In this document: one piece after another, positions 26,980 to 36,500 of the stretch
Numbering within the stretch: position 1 is the first letter of the stretch
Layout: the number at the start of each line of letters is the position of its first letter
DNA from: Paenibacillus sp.
GTDB lineage: Bacteria > Bacillota > Bacilli > Paenibacillales > NBRC-103111
Assembly: GCA_029239545.1 (NCBI GenBank)
Contig: JARBUQ010000001.1
Span: 1-41,093 of the forward strand
DNA length: 41,093 nucleotides
Reading direction: 5' to 3'
Program-made: the position numbers and the translations under genes
The notes under the pieces: model-generated
Told to the model about the DNA's origin: nothing
The model's database searches: none
Seen by the model: the letters and a program-made list of their open reading frames with translations, nothing else

Positions 26980-27384
26980 TCACCGTCGTTTCAACACTTC
27001 AGCGAAGTTGTTTGGAGCTGCCCCTCTGCTTTGAATTCGATTGATTTCTGTGATCGACAGCCGACGGCGTGACATGACAAATGAGGTCGTTACATCGTTA
27101 AAATTACTAAGGAGGGCTAGATCAATAGGTCCCCGGAAAATACGGCGCTGTCCCTGGTAGTTAAGATCTGCGAATAAGACCAGAGTGATGTTGGCACCTC
27201 CTATAAACGAGAAGCTGGATAAAACGTCATTGAAATTAAAGTCCACCAGGTTGCGAACACCCAAATTACCCCGAAAGCTTAAACGTCGGCCTGTGAAGTT
27301 AGCGTCACTCCAAAGTATCAACCTGGGGAGAAGCTGCTTAGTTGTCACTTTCCGAATGGCTGCTTTTCTAACTCGTGCTCTCAT
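26980..27384 (-). CDS. Small basic beta/gamma-crystallin-like protein (134 aa)
   Basis: Two Greek-key-like motifs LWSDANFTGR...FNDVLSSF and LFADLNYQGQ...FNDVTTSF; GAGGTG RBS before the ATG at 27384. Confidence 0.7.
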   Translation of the reverse strand: MRARVRKAAIRKVTTKQLLPRLILWSDANFTGRRLSFRGNLGVRNLVDFNFNDVLSSFSFIGGANITLVLFADLNYQGQRRIFRGPIDLALLSNFNDVTTSFVMSRRRLSITEINRIQSRGAAPNNFAEVLKRR

Positions 27385-27981
27385 ATGATCACCTCTTTGT
27401 AGGATAGAAAAAGGATTCCTCGCACCGCGCGCTGGCTGCGCGGTGCGAAGATAAAACATAAGGAATCCTCTTTCACTGTAGAATATGAGATTGCCGTTTA
27501 ATTGCTTGTACATAATACCTATAATTCTATCAAAATAATAAAAAAAGGCTTTTATTCAATAGACTGATGGCGCAAGGGTAAACTCTACTACGAGGAAAAT
27601 TAGCAGAAATGGAGTATGCCAACCAACTTTTAGAGCAATTAATAGAAGGAAGGTGGTGTTCTGTTATGAAGAGAAGGAGGTCTCTGTCCAGTTTTTCCGA
27701 TTCTGAAAAATAGTTCATTCAAAATTGCTTTCACTGACCATTTCTGTCAGTCAACCCTGTGTATGATAAACGCATAGCTTCAATGAGTAACCGATTATGA
27801 GCCATGTTGTTGTTAGTTTCATGGGTTTCATAAATATGAGGAGGATCACATACGGATGATTTACACCATTAAGGATTTTGTAAAGCCATTACCCCTGATT
27901 ACCGTAAGCTGGGCCGACCAAGGAAGAATGGGTTGCCCAAGGGGTTACGCCCTATATTTGAACATGAGATGAGGTTTCGAG

Positions 27982-28539
27982 ATGAATTCACAATACGTAG
28001 CGCTTCTCAGAGGAATTAATGTAGGCGGACATAAAAAGATCAAGATGGTTGAACTGAAGCGAATGTTCGAGGGGTTAGGCTTCCAGGGTGTACAAACCTA
28101 TATCCAGAGCGGCAATGTACTGTTCGAATCGAAGGCTTCTGCCCACATTTTGCGTCAGCAGATTGAGAAGCAGATAGAAGAGGCGTTCGGCTTTCAAGTT
28201 ACGGTTGTGCTCAGAACAATTGAGGAAATGGAGCGAATCGTAAGAGACTGCCCTTATGATGTCTCTGCTCTTGCGGAGGGAGAGAATATATATTTTGCTC
28301 TTTTGGTAGATGAGCCTTCACAGGAAGGGAAGGATCGTCTGCTTGCTTGTAACAGTGAAGTAGACGATTTTTATTTTTCCCGGTCAGAGGTTTACATTTA
28401 TGCGCGCAAAAGTATCAGAGAATCAGTGTTCTCTAACAACCTGATTGAGAATAAGGTAGGGATGGCGGCCACTACACGGAATTGGAAAACGATGAACAAG
28501 CTGCTTGAGCTGGGCAGGGCGGCGAAGAGTGACCAATAA
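27982..28539 (+). CDS. DUF1697 family protein
   Basis: YVALLRGINVGG, V.TYIQSGNVLF, TTRNWKT. Confidence 0.9.
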   Translation: MNSQYVALLRGINVGGHKKIKMVELKRMFEGLGFQGVQTYIQSGNVLFESKASAHILRQQIEKQIEEAFGFQVTVVLRTIEEMERIVRDCPYDVSALAEGENIYFALLVDEPSQEGKDRLLACNSEVDDFYFSRSEVYIYARKSIRESVFSNNLIENKVGMAATTRNWKTMNKLLELGRAAKSDQ

Positions 28540-28610
28540 GCCTAAACAAGTCTTACAGAATAGTCAGGCTGGAACATAATTTTGATAAGGATTGAGGGAG
28601 ATCGCGAACA

Positions 28611-30149
28611 ATGGTAACAACAAAAAAGAATCATCTTGGCATTATTATTGGCGGGTTGCTGTTAAGCATCCTGATGGCTTCCATGGACAATACAATAGTA
28701 GCAACAGCAATGGGAACGATCGTCGGCGAGCTTGGCGGGTTCGACAAGTTCGTCTGGGTTACATCTGCTTATATGGTGGCTGAGATGGCTGGAATGCCGA
28801 TTTTCGGCAAATTATCCGATATGTACGGTCGTAAAAGGTTTTTCATATTCGGTATCCTAGTTTTCATGTTAGGCTCCATTCTATGCGGAACAGCCGACTC
28901 CATTGTAGAGCTCAGCATTTATCGGGCCATTCAGGGGATTGGCGGCGGTGCATTGATTCCAATTGCTTTTACGATTATGTTCGATTCAGTACCTCTGGAG
29001 AACAGGGGCAAATTAGGTGGATTGTTCGGAGCGGTTTTCGGGATGTCCAGTATTTTTGGACCGCTTCTAGGTGCATATATTACGGATTACATCAGCTGGG
29101 AATGGATATTTTATATCAATTTGCCGATTGGTATTATTTCGTTTTTTATGATCGCATTTTTCTACAAGGAAACCCATGAGCATTCGAAGCAGCGAATCGA
29201 TTGGTTGGGTGCATTCACCCTTGTTGGTGCCGTTATTTGTTTAATGTTTGCTCTAGAGCTTGGGGGCAAGGAATACGCTTGGGATTCTTGGAACATTTTA
29301 GGATTGTTTGCGGGTTTTGTCATTCTTACGCTGATCTTCCTCGTAACTGAGACGAAGGTAGCGGAACCGATCATATCCTACGCCATGTTTAGGAAGAAGC
29401 TTTACTCGTCGAGCAATCTTATGGCCATGTTCAGTGGAGCTGCCTTTATTACGGCTTCTATCTATATTCCAATCTTCATTCAGGGAGTTCTAGGGGGCTC
29501 GGCTACGAATTCGGGGCTTGTGCTGCTGCCGATGATGCTGGGTTCTGTAGTGACGGCCACACTGGGAGGCTTCCTGATGACCAAGATCAAATACAGGACG
29601 ATCATGATACCAACCTTATTCTTGCTTGTGGTCGGAGTTGCGCTGCTGACTACCTTGTCAGTGGATTCCTCAAGATTAACGGTGACTTTATATATGGTTC
29701 TGATCGGGCTTGGCATAGGGGCTTCCTTCTCTGTATTAAGCAATGCCGCTATTCATGCTTTCTCAGCCAGACAAAGGGGTTCGGCAAGCTCAACGCTCAA
29801 CTTCCTGCGTTCCCTTGGAATGACTATCGGCATTACTGTATTCGGAATTATTCAGAGCCATGTGTTCATGAGGAAATTGACAGATACATTCGCTGGATCA
29901 GGAGATCAGATGCCGTCCGAGGAACTGCTCAGTGATCCCCATGTGCTGCTCTCACCGGAGACCCGTGCGGAGCTTCCGGCGCCTGTGTTAGATAAAATCA
30001 CTGAAGCCTTGTCATCTTCGATTGTACAGACGTTCGCTTGGGGCATTATTCCTGCTGTTCTTGCTTTGGGTGCAGCATTCTTCATGGGGCGTGATAAGCT
30101 GGAGGCGACGGAGGAAAACGATGGAGAGGGGTATTCGGCTTCCCATTAA
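28611..30149 (+). CDS. MDR-family (DHA2) MFS transporter
   Basis: MDNTIVATA, GKLSDMYGRKR, RAIQGIGGG, WEWIFYINLPIG. Confidence 0.93.
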   Translation: MVTTKKNHLGIIIGGLLLSILMASMDNTIVATAMGTIVGELGGFDKFVWVTSAYMVAEMAGMPIFGKLSDMYGRKRFFIFGILVFMLGSILCGTADSIVELSIYRAIQGIGGGALIPIAFTIMFDSVPLENRGKLGGLFGAVFGMSSIFGPLLGAYITDYISWEWIFYINLPIGIISFFMIAFFYKETHEHSKQRIDWLGAFTLVGAVICLMFALELGGKEYAWDSWNILGLFAGFVILTLIFLVTETKVAEPIISYAMFRKKLYSSSNLMAMFSGAAFITASIYIPIFIQGVLGGSATNSGLVLLPMMLGSVVTATLGGFLMTKIKYRTIMIPTLFLLVVGVALLTTLSVDSSRLTVTLYMVLIGLGIGASFSVLSNAAIHAFSARQRGSASSTLNFLRSLGMTIGITVFGIIQSHVFMRKLTDTFAGSGDQMPSEELLSDPHVLLSPETRAELPAPVLDKITEALSSSIVQTFAWGIIPAVLALGAAFFMGRDKLEATEENDGEGYSASH

Positions 30150-30256
30150 ACAGTTACATTGGAGGCTCTACTTCTGAATCCGTGCGCGCGCTGGGAGCTG
30201 CGAATGTTGCGAGACTTGTCGAGTACCAGGTCGAATTCAGCGGATAGACTAGGAAT

Positions 30257-30283
30257 TTGACAACTGATCCTGTATCATATAAT
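30257..30283 (+). promoter_or_regulatory. SigA-like promoter with perfect hexamers but a 15-nt spacer
   Basis: TTGACA (30257-30262)-N15-TATAAT (30278-30283). Confidence 0.45.
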
Positions 30284-30362
30284 CCATCTGACAGTCACCA
30301 GCCGTCCTAGAAGACAACTGGGGACAGGGTGGATTATATTGTATTTGTAGGAGCGATGTTCA

Positions 30363-31370
30363 ATGAAGAAGAAAGCGATATTACTGGCTCAAATCGACAA
30401 TGGGTATATAGACCAGGTGTTTGACGAGCAGACGCAAGTCCGGATGCAGGAGTTGGTGGAGTTAAATCCAGTATATATGAACGAGAGCAATCTGGAGCAG
30501 CATCAGGAGTCGCTTCAAGATGTTGAGATCGCATTCTCAACTTGGGGCATCCCTAAATTAACCGAGGAGCAGATCAAGCAATACTTGCCCAATCTGAAGA
30601 TCGTGCTGTATGGCGCAGGTTCTGTACAAAGCTTCGCGAGAACCTATCTGGGACTGGATATACAGGTTGTCAGCTCGTGGGCCGCTAATGCTGTTCCGGT
30701 TGCCGAGTACACCGTTGCCCAGATTATTCTAGCGAGCAAAGGGTTCTACCAAGCAGCCCGTTTATACAAAGTTGGCTACAAAGAGGCTAAATCAATTACC
30801 AAGAACTATACGGGGAATTACGATAACTGGGTAGGTATTCTCGGTGCAGGGATGATCGGGAAGAAAGTAATCGAGCTACTGGGCAATTATAATATTAATG
30901 TGAAAGTGTTCGATCCATTCCTGCCTGAAGAAAAAGCCGTAGAATTAGGTGTGCACAAGACAGACCTGGTCGATATTTTCTCAACCTGTGAGACAATCTC
31001 TAATCATTTGGCGAATTTGCCAACCACGGTAGGCATCCTCAACAAGGAGCACTTCAATTGCATGCTGCCGCACGCTACTTTTATTAATACGGGTCGCGGC
31101 GCCCAAGTTGTTGAAGCAGATCTGATTCAGGCTATGCGGGATGAACCGCTGAGAACCGCATTGCTCGATGTGACATTCCCGGAACCGGTTCAGGAAGACA
31201 GCGAATTCCTTAAGCTGGATAACGTGATCCTAACTCCTCATATCGCGGGCAGCATGAATAATGAGGTTTCCCGCATGGGCCTCTATGCAGTGGACGAGTG
31301 CGAGCGCTATTTGAAGGGTGAGAAATTGCTTTATGGAGTTACGGAGCAAATGCTGCTAAGTATGGCTTAG
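30363..31370 (+). CDS. D-isomer-specific 2-hydroxyacid dehydrogenase family protein
   Basis: NAVPVAEY, GAGMIG, FINTGRG, LDVTFPEP, LTPHIAG. Confidence 0.9.
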   Translation: MKKKAILLAQIDNGYIDQVFDEQTQVRMQELVELNPVYMNESNLEQHQESLQDVEIAFSTWGIPKLTEEQIKQYLPNLKIVLYGAGSVQSFARTYLGLDIQVVSSWAANAVPVAEYTVAQIILASKGFYQAARLYKVGYKEAKSITKNYTGNYDNWVGILGAGMIGKKVIELLGNYNINVKVFDPFLPEEKAVELGVHKTDLVDIFSTCETISNHLANLPTTVGILNKEHFNCMLPHATFINTGRGAQVVEADLIQAMRDEPLRTALLDVTFPEPVQEDSEFLKLDNVILTPHIAGSMNNEVSRMGLYAVDECERYLKGEKLLYGVTEQMLLSMA

Positions 31371-31470
31371 GAACTGTTACGAAATAAAGTCCCTGCCATT
31401 TGGCTGAAAGAGCTTGCCGACTCTGGCAAGCTCTTTCAGCCAAACAGGGCGGTAATTTCGTAACAGTTCC
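31370..31470. mobile_element. 101-bp MITE-like element with 16-bp TIRs and a TTA target-site duplication
   Basis: GGAACTGTTACGAAAT...ATTTCGTAACAGTTCC; TTA at 31367-31369 and 31471-31473; internal 20-bp perfect stem. Confidence 0.75.
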
Positions 31471-31492
31471 TTAATAGCTGTGAAGCATGGAG

Positions 31493-31540
31493 AGACCGAG
31501 ATGAAGCCGGGCAAGCCCGGATGATCATTCTCGGTTTTTT
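31493..31540 (+). terminator. Intrinsic terminator after the dehydrogenase gene
   Basis: AGACCGAGA...CCGGGC-AA-GCCCGG...TCTCGGTTTTTT. Confidence 0.6.
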
Positions 31541-31918
31541 GGTGAGCACACGGAAGTTTGGGTTTTGGAAACAAGGCTCTCCCTTCTGCACTACCACTGA
31601 ATCGGTGTTTGACAGGCACGGTCAACCAGGTTGAACAAGTCAAAATTTGTATCCGTCTCGAATATGATTTAATAAGGCGCACCAAACTAATTCGGAAACG
31701 AGCAGAGTTAATTGTTTCGTTTGGCTTTCTAATCGTGCTTTTGGCTGTGGTTGCTCTCCTGTTTGTTTAATTAGCATTCCTATTAGTTTAGTTCACTTTA
31801 GTAATTCACACAGCTAACGGGACTCGACACGGAGGGCTTATGAAGGGATCATCATTCCAGAGGATTCTCTTATGGTATACTCTTGGTATGTAGAGGGAAT
31901 GAGGAGGTATAGCAAACT

Positions 31919-32563
31919 ATGAGTTATACGTTTCGAGAACAAATTACATCCATGGAACAATTCGAGCAGCTTAAAGAGCAGTTGGGTCCCCCGGGCAAGC
32001 TGGCTGCGAACAAGGCGAGACCTGGGCTGGATGACCATAGCAGAGATTACATAGAGAAGTCGCCTTTTGTAATGATTGCCACCTCAGACGCGGAAGGTCA
32101 TTGTGATGTTTCTCCTCGTGGCGATGCACCTGGCTTCGTACAAATATTGGATGATACCCATCTCTTCATCCCAGAGAGGCCTGGTAATCGGAGAATGGAT
32201 TCCATCCATAATCTGATAACGAATGCACACATCGGCTTGATCTTCATTATTCCCGGCTTGGAAGAAACGTTTCGGGTGAACGGAAAGGCTTGTATAACCT
32301 GCGATCCGGAGCTGTTGAAGCTGTCGGCGGTGGGCGGCAAGCTGCCTCTGATGGGAATTGGCGTCGAGATCGAGGAATGTTATCTGCATTGTGCCAAGGC
32401 GTTCAAGCGTTCCGGGTTGTGGCAGGCAAATTCCTGGCTTCCCACGGAGCAACGGCCATCTGTCGCGAGGCTGCTGGCAGCTCATATCAGCGTATCGTTC
32501 CCTGTTTCGGCAGAAGAGGTGGACGAACAGTTGCAGGAAAGTTATACGAAGCGGCTGTATTAG
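31919..32563 (+). CDS. Pyridoxamine 5'-phosphate oxidase-like FMN-binding protein (MSMEG_1061-like)
   Basis: SPFVMIAT, DVSPRGDAPGFV, PERPGNRRMDS..N, ETFRVNG, YLHCAKAFKRS.LW. Confidence 0.9.
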   Translation: MSYTFREQITSMEQFEQLKEQLGPPGKLAANKARPGLDDHSRDYIEKSPFVMIATSDAEGHCDVSPRGDAPGFVQILDDTHLFIPERPGNRRMDSIHNLITNAHIGLIFIIPGLEETFRVNGKACITCDPELLKLSAVGGKLPLMGIGVEIEECYLHCAKAFKRSGLWQANSWLPTEQRPSVARLLAAHISVSFPVSAEEVDEQLQESYTKRLY

Positions 32564-32647
32564 AGCAACATTACGTTAAGTGGAGGTTGGGGCTGCAAGC
32601 AAATTGGTCAAATGGGGTTAGACTCATGGTTGTTCGACCATGAGTAC

Positions 32648-32776
32648 TCATTTGCGAATTCTTTTCCTGGCATGATTGCCGATCTTGTACCACAGACCGC
32701 CTTCGTCATCGCGGAATATTCGAACCCCGATCAGCCTAAGCGGCGTCCATATTTCCTGAAAATAGTATCTCCCCAT
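32648..32776 (-). CDS. Small basic hypothetical protein, 42 aa (MGRYYFQEIWTPLRLIGVRIFRDDEGGLWYKIGNHARKRIRK), absent from the ORF track
   Basis: AAGGGGGGAG RBS 6 nt before the ATG at 32776; open frame to TGA at 32648; same strand as, and just downstream of, the response regulator. Confidence 0.7.
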   Translation of the reverse strand: MGRYYFQEIWTPLRLIGVRIFRDDEGGLWYKIGNHARKRIRK

Positions 32777-32854
32777 TGTTCTCTCCCCCCTTATGTGAAG
32801 GATAGAAGATATGGGGAGTTTTTCCTAGTGCCAGTTGTCACATCAATTGTCATA

Positions 32855-33532
32855 TTACAATCCGTTAGGATCAATCTGCTGCAGTAGAAGAACGATGGCC
32901 TCTGCCCGGCTGGTGACCTCCAGCTTGCTGTAAAGTGTGCTGACATAATTGCGCACGGTCCCGTCGGAAATTTGCAGCTTTTCACCGATCTCCCGATTGC
33001 TCAAGCCTTGGATGATCAGACGCGAAAGCTCTTCCTCCCGTTCCGTCAGCTTGGCCCTGCCTCTCCAGCCTGGCTGCAGCTCCATCTCCTGCTCCATACG
33101 GGACAAGCGCGTAGCCAGCTTGACGGCAACCACTCCTTGAAGAACGAATTGGCCGGCTGCTGCATCCCGGATCGAGGCGGTAAGCTTGTCACCATCCAAG
33201 TCCTTCAGAATATATCCGCTTGCTCCGCTCGACAGTCCCTCTATAATGTAATCCTCATCAATGAATGTGGTCAGTATGAGAATGAGTACGTGAGGATACC
33301 TATGCTTGATCCGCTTGATGCTTTCAATACCGTCCATTATGGGCATACGGATGTCCATCAGGATGAGATCTGGCTGCAGATCCTCTACTTTCTCGTATGC
33401 CTCGAGGCCGTTTTTGGCTGTGCCTACGATCTCCATATCTTCCTCGAGCTCTAGGATCGTTTTCAACCCTTCTCGGGTCAGGAATTGATCATCGACGATC
33501 ATGATTTTGTAACGCTGTTTTCTCTCATTCAA
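32855..33532 (-). CDS. NarL/LuxR-family response regulator
   Basis: IVDD, LMDIRMP, LTTF, GYILK receiver; LTEREEE...GLSNREIG...GTVRNYVS..YSKL HTH; TTG start after AGGAGGTG. Confidence 0.95.
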   Translation of the reverse strand: MNERKQRYKIMIVDDQFLTREGLKTILELEEDMEIVGTAKNGLEAYEKVEDLQPDLILMDIRMPIMDGIESIKRIKHRYPHVLILILTTFIDEDYIIEGLSSGASGYILKDLDGDKLTASIRDAAAGQFVLQGVVAVKLATRLSRMEQEMELQPGWRGRAKLTEREEELSRLIIQGLSNREIGEKLQISDGTVRNYVSTLYSKLEVTSRAEAIVLLLQQIDPNGL

Positions 33533-36500
33533 GCATGCTCACCTCCTGGGGAATACGATAAGGCAATACGATGCGCAGCAGACCGCCTCTGCCGGGGGTC
33601 AAATCAATGTGCAGCTGGCCATCGAGCTCTTCTACCCGCTGGCGCATCGCAGTTAGTCCGAAGCCCTGCGTATACTGAACAGCACCTGATCCGTAGTCCT
33701 CGAGCCGGAAGAACAGGAACTTCCCGTCATAGTTCAGGACCAGATGGAAGGAATTGGCCGATCCATGGCGAATGCCGTTGGTCAGTCCTTCCTGCAGAGC
33801 GTGATAGATGACGTGATTGTGAGCTGCAGACAACCTGGGCAGCGGCACGATATCGGTCTTGACGGTAATGCCGGTATGCTGCTCGGTATCCCGGATCAGC
33901 TTGTGCAACGCCCTCGTCAGATCGAAAGCTGCTCCTTCCTTCAGCATGTGCACGGAACGGCGGGTCTCGCTCAGTCCATGCCGAATCAAGTCCTGGGCGC
34001 CTTGCATGCTGCGCAGTGCGCCTTCTTTGTCCTTAAGCAGCTGCCGCTTGCCTGCTTCGATCTGCAGGATGGTGGAAGTCAGCGTATGTCCGACGATATC
34101 GTGAACTTCTGCTGCGATTCTGTTGCGTTCGGATTGAATCGACACCTCCGCCAATGCCTCGGCGGTCTCACGCATGGATCGCTCCAGCGTACTGGTTCTC
34201 TCCCTGACCTGCTCCTCCAGGCTGTCGTTCAGCCGCTCAATATTGGCGTACAATCGGGCGTTATCGATAGAGATGGCGCATTGCGAGCAGAGCAGCTTGA
34301 GTACATCAATGCGTTCAGGTGTGAACACTCCGGCTGACAAGTTGTTTTCCAGATACAGGATGCAAATCAACTGAGCATTTTTCATGATTGGAAGACACAT
34401 TACCGATTTGAGCTTTTGCTGCTGAACGTAGGGAATTTGGGTGAAAATGCCCTCAGCTGCCGCGTCCTGCAGCACGATTTCTTTCAACGTTCTGGCCGTA
34501 TAAGCGACTATGGCTGTGGCAACCTCGTTCGTTTGCTCCAGAGGTATACGCTCCAGCACTACGTCCCCGGATGTTCCGTAGGCTTCTATCTCCAGTATTC
34601 CTTCATTGTCGAAGATCAAGGCGCCTTTCTCGGCTCCGGCATTCTGCAGCATGATGCGCATCAGCTTATCGAGCAGTCGGCTCATCACCATCTCCCCGGA
34701 TATGGTTTGCGCGGACCTCATCACGGATTGATAATCAATTCCGTGAGCCAGTGAAGCGCTGTCCGTGATCAGCAGATGGCGGTAGCGCGCGGCGAGATCA
34801 GCCGCCTTGGCTTTCGCCCCCCATTGCAGGTAGTCCTGATGGGCCTGGGTGACATATGCGGCAGCCATGTGAAGCTGGTTCCGACTCATATAGAACCTCA
34901 CCGCGCATTCTGCAGTAACCGCCCGATTGTGAGTAAATCCGTTCTTGAACGCATCGTCGCAGGCTTGCTCGTAGAGTTTGCCTGCAAGCGGATATTGCTG
35001 CTTGATACGGGCGTACTCGGCTGACATCAGCAAATATTTGTGGCGGTAATTCTCCGGGCAGATGGAAGCATAACGCTTCATCGCTAACCGGAGACGACGC
35101 ATAGTTTTCATATATTTCTTTTGTTCGGTACGTGTTGAAGTAGGATAAAGCGCAGCCATGCTTAAAAAGTAGTAAATGCTATGGGCCGAACACTCTTGTA
35201 CCGACTTATCGCGGGCCTCATACAGGAGCTCGGCCTTGGCGGAATACTCGTAAGCTTCTTTGAATTGGCCGAACATATAACTGATCAAATAAATATACAA
35301 ACATTGTCCCTCTTGCAGGTTGGCATCATGCTGACCGTTGTCACCCATGGGAAACGCTTCATCGCGAATATCTATGCCGGCAAAAGGATTGTCCAATTGT
35401 GTCTCGCCTGCCAATTTGGCAAATAGCGAAGCCAGCACGGCGGAGTATTTCAACTGTACCCAATTCTGCTTGCCGCTGATGTGATCGATGCCCTTGATCA
35501 AACGTCTGTATGCTTCGTCCAGAGGTTTGCTGAATAACAATGATATGCCGCTTATAATCATGATGTTCTGGTTGGCATACCACACATTTCCAGATTCCAG
35601 CCGTGTTTTTTCTGCATCCTGTATAAATTCTTCGATCAGCTCAGGCTCATAACGGCGCCAACTGTCATAACAGATAGAGAAGGAAACCGATGTGATTGCA
35701 CGAAATTTGGGATATGCGGCCGATACCTCCATGGAGAGCTTGCCCCACTTATAAGACTCGTGATACTGCCGGTTCTTCAATGTGTGGATCAGAGCCATCC
35801 CGACAAAGCCGATTGAAGATTCGGGTGCCATGCCGTAGTCCAGCGTTAATTCCATGATTGTCAGCATTGTGGCAACCCACTCCTGTTTGTTCAGAACAAA
35901 GGAGGCATGGCTCATAGAGACAAGAATAGACATTGCCGCCAATCGATGCGGGTCCGACATCGGAGGGAGCTTACGCATGGTGTCAACGCCTCCCCCGCGC
36001 AGCTTCCACATCACTCGCAGCCACTGGCGGGCTACCGTGAAGCTATTCTGCTGCGAAGCTTGGCGTATGCCGCACAGCTGCAAGGCTCGCTTGCATAGAA
36101 GATGGAGCCTCTCATTGTTTTGGCGATTCAATTCGAGCTGGATCATGATGATATAAATATGTACCTTATCCAGATCAGTAAGCGCTCGACTCAGCACCAT
36201 GTCGAATAATTCCAATGCTGTACGTGTATGGTTGCATAAAAACTCGCATTCTGCCTGTTCCTTGAACACTTGGAATGTAAGCTCAAAGCAGGTTTCCCAT
36301 CCGTTGTCCTGTAGCAGCGAAGCTGCCAGGCGATAGTAGCGCAGAGCCGCTTCATACGCCGTGGCTTGTTTGGCTTTTCGTCCTGCCCGGTAATTAAGCT
36401 CGGCCAACTCCAGCTTCTCGTCTGCATGCTCATTGGAATCAAACCCGAGATTCAGATGGTTGACCGCTTCGAACAACTGGGTTTCCTTGACGGGATAGTC

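Noticed and set aside
27560-27975. Riboswitch-like leader, or a 38-aa ORF at 27856-27972
   Set aside because: No conserved aptamer motifs recognised; the ORF has an SD but long spacing and no recognisable features
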